Source: Octopus vulgaris (taxonomy: Eukaryota). Taken from it: a stretch of 64,000 nt of DNA. The position numbers and the translations under genes are program-made. The stretch covers positions 37,572,001 to 37,636,000 of the forward strand of contig OX597833.1 in NCBI GenBank assembly GCA_951406725.2, in the 5' to 3' direction. The notes under the pieces were generated by a model. The model had not been told where the DNA came from and did no database searches. It saw only the letters and a list, made by a program, of their open reading frames with translations. Shown here piece by piece: positions 57,470-64,000 of this stretch; position 1 is the first letter of the stretch; each line of letters starts with the position of its first letter.

Positions 57470-57536
57470 AATAGCGGACATATGTTTCTGAATCGCAAAC
57501 TTGGAAAACAGTTTGAATTCCGTCATCGGCGCTATA
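57470..57536 (-). ncRNA. Minimal type I hammerhead ribozyme, copy 2 (two substitutions in stem-loop II)
   Basis: Same core; tctgaatc and aacttgg variants. Confidence 0.7.
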
Positions 57537-57843
57537 TTCGATAGTTTTACTAAATGCCACTAGCCCTCACTTCTGACCCAGCGACATCAGATAGTGGGGG
57601 GAAAGGTGCAGATGTTAAAACTAAGTGGCGACTGGGAACGTAAATTATTTACCATTTTTATTGAATTACCATGTGGATTCCTCATTCCATTACGATTACC
57701 CAGAAAGCGCGCATGGCAGAATTTTGGAGGGAAAATTTACGTTCCCAGTCGCCACTTAGTTTTAACATCTGCACCTTTCCCCCCACTATCTGATGTCGCT
57801 GGGTCAGAAGTGAGGGCTAGTGGCATTTAGTAAAACTATCGAA

Positions 57844-57910
57844 TATAGCGCCGATGACGGAATTCAAACTGTTTTCCACGTTTGCGATCCAGAAACATAT
57901 GTCCGCTATT
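57844..57910 (+). ncRNA. Minimal type I hammerhead ribozyme, copy 3
   Basis: Stem I atagcg/cgctat; CCGATGA 57851-57857; stem II gga..caaac/gtttg..tcc; GAAA 57892; palindromic ACATATGT; GTC 57901-57903. Confidence 0.75.
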
Positions 57911-58391
57911 AACGGTAAGTGATTGAATTCGTATATTTGCCACTCCGGTTTTGTGTATGTGAGCCGTAAGGGCCTTCGTTTTTGGATTCTCCACTTATAG
58001 AAATTGGAAAAACGGTCTTTGACTGCCATTTCTAATTCCTTCGGTATGAGGTGAAACAGCCTGCTGTTAACCTTCTTATTTTTTCTTTACTATATACTGA
58101 ACCTTACAAAGGTCTTGACAATTAATTTGTCGTATTTACATACCGAAATTTACTGGTAAATAATTGTTGGTTACATGATAAACCACAGGAAAATTATTTA
58201 CCATTTTTATTGAATTACCATGTGGATTCCTCATTCCATTACGATTACCCAGAAAGCGCGCATGGCAGAATTTTGGAGGGAAAATTTACGTTCCCAGTCG
58301 CCACTTAGTTTTAACATCTGCACCTTTCCCCCACTATCTGATGTCGCTGGGTCAGAAGTGAGGGCTAGTGGCATTTAGTAAAACTATCGAA

Positions 58392-58458
58392 TATAGCGCC
58401 GATGACGGAATTCAAACTGTTTTCCACGTTTGCGATCCAGAAACATATGTCCGCTATT
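58392..58458 (+). ncRNA. Minimal type I hammerhead ribozyme, copy 4
   Basis: Identical to copy 3, shifted by 548. Confidence 0.75.
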
Positions 58459-58636
58459 AACGGTAAGTGATTGAATTCGTATATTTGCCACTCCGGTTTT
58501 GTGTATGTGAGCCGTAAGGGCCTTCGTTTTTGGATTCTCCACTTATAGAAATTGGAAAAACGGTCTTTGACTGCCATTTCTAATTCCTTCGGTATGAGGT
58601 GAAACAGCCTGCTGTTAACCTTCTTATTTTTTTCTT

Positions 58637-58687
<51 letters not shown>

Positions 58688-59148
58688 CATATATATATAC
58701 TATTAAAAGTCAAATTGAATCTTGCTTGCTTGCAATGTTACTCAGCCAAACTGGTCCATAATGGGAAAATACTATGATTCAAGTTTACCCTGAAATTTTA
58801 ATATAAACGGAATGAAACAAGTTTCACATAAATCAGTAAAGTAGTTTTTGAGATATTAGAGATTTGCAGGGTATAAATACCCAAAACAGAAAGAATATTT
58901 GGTCCAAATATGGTCAGTTTAAATGCCAAAGGCTTAAATGTTTAAACATTAAAATAGAAGATTGTTGAGTTGTTTCATTGTTCTAGTTAGTTTATGGTTC
59001 ATATGTAGCTGTTATCATTGTTGTTTAGCCCCAGTTAACCCAAACCAACAATCAAAGGCTTTCCAGTCATGACCATTCCATCTTTTTCAAGGTGTGTTAG
59101 GCTACATTGTTTAACTCTTTAGCATTCAGATTACTCTCTTATATGCAA

Positions 59149-59784
59149 CTAGCAGTATCGCCCGGCGTTGCTCAGGTTTGTAAGGGAAATAACTATATAA
59201 GCATTTTTAGAGAGTTATAGCCAAAAAATAGCAAAAAATGCATTAAAAATGGAAAAAATATGATGGTAAATTTTTTAAAAATCGTTGACTCATCGTAGAC
59301 ATTTTTAGAGAGTTACTTCCCTTATATAATAGCGAAAAAATGCATTAAAATGGAAAAAAAACGATGGTAAATTTTTTTTTAAATCGTAGACTCATGTAGA
59401 CGCTTTCTTAGCCATTTCTGTTTTGGTGTCTTCAAGCCATGAAGTCGTTGTTCTAAAAGAACACTGGTCTCCTTGACAACGCATTACGACGTTGATTTCC
59501 TTACACTCCCTTCCCCACAGGTGCAGGTGTGAGCGTGGACGCCAACTCTGCCGCCATCGACACACGAAAAATTATGCATTAAAATGGAATAAAAAATGAT
59601 GTTAAATTATTTTTTAAATCGTAGACTCATCGTAGACGCGCGCTAATATTCAGACGGGCTCGATATGAATCACGACTATAAGCTACCCGAATTTGGTTAA
59701 ACTGCACCGCAAAATGTGGGAGTATTTAGGAATCTAAATCGAAGGGGACAGACACTCACACAACTACAGTTTTATATATATAGA
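59149..59784 (-). mobile_element. Non-autonomous Helitron core, copy A
   Basis: Minus strand: 5' TCTATATATATAAAA, 3' GC-rich hairpin then CTAG|T. Confidence 0.8.
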
Positions 59785-59884
59785 TATACATAGCGCAGTA
59801 GTGGTGAGATGTGACAGCAAAGAAAAGCATACATTCACTCTCTGCATGCAATTAGACTCGGAAAGTTCGTGAGGAACCCATTGA

Positions 59885-60170
59885 CCCAATTTGCTGACTT
59901 TTCCGATAGCACACAGGTCTCAATGAATGGTTGAATGACCAAATCCAAGCTTCTCTGCTAGTTCCTCAACAGTTACGATGATATTTTGTTCCACCAGGGT
60001 TTTCAGGATGTCCTTGTCGAGTTCTACAGATCTTTCAGGATGAGGCTCGTCTTCTAGGCTGTAGTTTATGGCTCGGGATTTCTGGAACCACCATTGACAC
60101 TGCCTTACGCTTATTGTCCAATCCCCATATACTGCATTAATATTTCTTGTACTTTGCACACATTTATATT
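59885..60170 (-). mobile_element. mariner transposase N-terminal fragment
   Basis: NINAVYGDWTISVRQCQWWFQK...SLEDEPHPERS...TVEELAEKLGFGHSTIH. Confidence 0.85.
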
Positions 60171-61733
60171 CTGTTATTCTTTTATATGTTTCAGCCTTGA
60201 GGTTGTGGCCATGCTGGATCATGTGTGTGTGTGTGTGTGTGTCTATCTGTCTGTCTGTCTGTATGTATATATGTATATGTATGTGTGTGAACAATAATAT
60301 TTTCAACAGATGTGTTGCAAATGTATCTGATTGTTCTCAAGCTTCAATACTGTGTGTGTGTGTATGTGTGTGTGTATGTATGTATATATATGTATGTATG
60401 TATGTATATGTATGTATGTATGTATGTGTGTATGTATGTATGTGTGTGTGTGTATGTGTGTGTGTATGTGTGTGTGTATGTATGTATGTATGTATGAGTG
60501 TATGTTTACTTTATTACTAACACAAGCCACTACGGTTATTTAATGTAAAGTCTTCGTCAAATCACTCTCACTCTCGCTATTTACTCTCTTCCAAGAACAT
60601 TTTCACTCACTCTTAGCTCTTAGCTTCCCATACATTTTACTCATGTATCTATCAGCGTCATAGACAGAATACTTTCAGTTTAGTCTTCCTCAAATCACTC
60701 TGTCGCTATTTACTTTCATTTTATTTGTTGCACACTGTGTGTGTGCATTTGCGTGTGGTGTAAACCAGACTAAGAAAAGCATTTGACACACACACCAGAA
60801 TGTGAGTTTTCTGTAAATTTTGCTTAATTGGAGTTTAAATTTTAAAAACTGGACCTGGCATGACGCGATGCATTGTACTCTTAAAAATGCTAGGTAAATT
60901 GTAATTGAAGAAATCCTATATTGTAGATTTCTATAACTCCCAAAGGGAGGCAGATAAAATCTGCCTTTTATAATAAGAGATATTTATTCACATTGTTTTG
61001 AATTAATCATGCATTATCTCATAGCATTGGGATTTTGATGGTGCTCTGTGCCAATACCAAGTAAAAAGCACTCATGCCAGTGCCCTGTAAAAAGCACCTG
61101 TGTTGGCACCATGTAATAGCATCCAACACACTCTGGAAAGTGGTTGATATTAAGAAGAGTATCCAGCTGTAGAGACCAAGTCAAATCAGACTGGAACCTA
61201 TTGCAGATTTCCAGCTTGCCAGCTCTGGTCAAACTGTCCAACTCATACCAGCATGGAAAACAGACGTTGAAGGATGATGATGATGATGATGATATGATTG
61301 CTTATTTTTAGAATGGGTAGGTGTGACGGGCCAGATTTGGTCAGCTTGAACATAGAACAGGAAGAATATATGGCCAGTTTAAATGTTAAAGTATAAATGT
61401 GTCCTAGTTTCATTATAAGACCATGGGATGCAATTTGAAGGAAATTTGGTTTAGGAGTAACCTACAGGTCCAGCTCTTTGAGTGTAAGCCTCCATCAATC
61501 AGAAGGCTTAATATTTGACCAATTCTTACTCTACTGAACTTCTAGAATCACCTCCACACACCCATTTTCTCTGAATATCATTCATATCCATTTCAACACT
61601 CTGTAAGGGCCTTCAAGGATCACAGGCACCGATGCTCTTTTTCTCAGTACCAGAGAAGTTTACAGTGTGCATTTAGTTTTAGTGAGTATTGTTTTGAAGA
61701 GTATAGGTTTGTGATGAAAGACTTAGCATGTAG

Positions 61734-62148
61734 GTGTAGGAGTGGCTGTTTGGTAAGTAGCTTGCTAACCAACCAATGGTTCTGGGTTCAGTCCCACTGT
61801 ATGGCATCTTGGGCAAGTGTCTTCTACTATAGCCCTGGGCCGACCAATGCCTTGTGAGTGGATTTGGTAGACGGAAACTGAAAGAAGCCTGTCGTATATA
61901 TGTATATATATATGTGTGTGTGTGTGTATTTGTGTGTCTGTGTTTGTCCCCCTAGCATTGCTTGACAACCGATGCTGGTGTGTTTACGTCCCTGTCACTT
62001 AGCGGTTCGGCAAAAGAGACTGATAGAATAAGTACTGGGCTTACAAAGAATAAGTCTCGGGGTCGATTTGCTCGAATAAAGGCGCTGCTCCAGCATGGCC
62101 GCAGTCAAATGACTGAAACAAGTAAAAGAGTAGAGAGAGAGAGAGAGT
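61734..62148 (+). mobile_element. SINE family 1 copy
   Basis: Consensus match. Confidence 0.9.
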
Positions 62149-62587
62149 ATGTCACACTGAACAGAAGTCACTCTCCATTGTGTATGTGATTGTATTACAA
62201 GATGTTTTGACAGGTAAATATGGTGTGTGTGTGTGGGGGGATGTGTAAGTATTAAACTGCATTAAATATTTACATTTGCTGAAGAAGGAACAAATAAATA
62301 AGTTGTAAATGTTAAAATGAATGTATACACGTGCACATAAGCTTGTGTGTGTGTGTATGTGTGTGTGTGTGTGTAGGCATATAAGAAATTAAGTGCATGT
62401 ATGTGAATGTATTTATTTATATGCATTTGAATGTCATTGTATGTGTGTGTGTGTGTGTGTGTGCATGTGTCTGTGGTATCTTCTTTGTCTGCATGTGTCA
62501 CTCTGTCCTAATCACTGTGTATGTGTGTTTGTGTGTTCATATGAATATCAGTGTGAGACTATGTGAGTGAATCTGAAAGTGCATATA

Positions 62588-62788
62588 CTCTTTTACTTGT
62601 TTCAGTCATTTGACTGCAGCCATGCTGGAGCACTGCTTTTAGTCGAGCAACTCGACCCCGGGACTTATTCTTTGTAAGCCCAGTACTTTTTCTATCGTTC
62701 TCTTTTGCCGAACCGCTAAGTGACGGGGACGTAAACACACCAGCATCGGTTGTCAAGCAATGCTAGGGGGACAAACACAGACAGACAA

Positions 62789-62821
<33 letters not shown>

Positions 62822-62990
62822 CATATATACGATGGGCTTCTTTCAGTTTCTGTCTACCAAATCCACTCACAAGGCTTTGGTCTGCCCGAGGCTATAGTAG
62901 AAGACACTTGCCCAAGGTGCCACGCAGTGGGACTGAACCCGGAATTATGTGGCTGGTAAGCAAGCTACTTACCACACAGCCACTCCTGCG
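62588..62990 (-). mobile_element. SINE family 1 copy
   Basis: Reverse complement consensus match. Confidence 0.9.
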
Positions 62991-63340
62991 CTGTATGAGT
63001 GTTTACATATTTTGTTTTTTTATATATTTATCCATGAAGTAGTCAAGTTGAAAAGGTGGCCAGCTATGGCTGACTACTGATGGAAGAGAAGTTTGGAGTA
63101 GATAATTATTTCATCACACACACACACACGCATGTGCATGTGAACAAACACAAACGTACATACCACCAGGCTCACTTCTGCATTAAACATGAAGTTTTGT
63201 GAGAACAAACCCTACCATCACCAATCCAGTCAACTTTGTAATTTGTGCTATAACATTGGATGTAAAAGGTCAATGTTAACTTAATGCCAACATTTCAAAC
63301 AAATTAATACTAAGGTTAAAGTTGAAAGTTTATATATATA

Positions 63341-64000
63341 CTAGCAGTATCGCCCGGCGTTGCTCGGGTTTGTAAGGGAAATAACTATATAAGCATTTTT
63401 AGAGAGTTATAGCCAAAAAATAGCAAAAAATGCATTAAAAATGGAAAAAATATGATGGTAAATTTTTTTAAAAATCGTTGACTCATCGTAGACATTTTTA
63501 GAGAGTTACTTCCCTTATATAATAGCGAAAAAATGCATTAAAATGGAAAAAAAACGATGGTAAATTTTTTTTTAAATCGTAGACTCATGTAGACGCTTTC
63601 TTAGCCATTTCTGTTTTGGTGTCTTCAAGCCATGAAGTCGTTCTAAAAGAACGCTGGTCTCCTTGACAATGCATTACGACGTTGATTTCCTTACACTCCC
63701 TTCCCCACAGGTGCAGGTGTGAGCGTGGACGCCAACTCCGCCGCCATCGACACACGAAAAATTATGCATTAAAATGGAATAAAAAATGATGTTAAATTAT
63801 TTTTTAAATCGTAGACTCATCGTAGACGCGCGCTAATACTCAGACGGGCTCGATATGAATCACGACTATAAGCTACCCGAATTTGGTTAAACTGCACCGC
63901 AAAATGTGGGAGTAGTTAGGAATGTAAATCGAAGGGGACAGACACTCACACAACTACAGTTTTATATATATAGATATACATAGCGCAGTAGTGGTGAGAT
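63341..64000 (-). mobile_element. Non-autonomous Helitron, copy B (runs off the window)
   Basis: Near-identical to 59149-59810. Confidence 0.85.

Larger units (their letters stand above)
56618..58640. mobile_element. Tandem plus inverted array of a 548-bp hammerhead-containing unit (retrozyme / PLE pseudo-LTR-like)
   Basis: Period 548 (56621/57169; 57817/58365). About 1.9 units forward, then about 1.8 units inverted from 57642. (TA)n on both sides. Confidence 0.85.

Overview
AT-rich, microsatellite-dense animal genomic DNA, most likely Octopus (inferred from the SINE, RTE and MITE families). The only host gene recognised is an AMP deaminase (AMPD2-like) on the minus strand. Its last two coding exons lie at 29590-29700 and 28095-28334; I found no further upstream exon, so 29.7-64 kb is probably one large intron. 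The rest is decayed RTE, CR1/L2 and Penelope-like (PLE) retroelements, Tc1/mariner fossils, piggyBac-type MITEs, non-autonomous Helitrons, at least three tRNA-derived SINE families and simple repeats. Most ORFs in the track are microsatellite or SINE artefacts. The most striking structure is a young ~2 kb palindrome (56618-58640) built from a 548-bp tandem unit, each copy carrying a minimal type I hammerhead ribozyme (retrozyme / PLE pseudo-LTR-like). Several older hammerhead fossils and long fold-back inserts also sit beside (TA)n tracts, one ~220 nt downstream of the AMPD stop codon.
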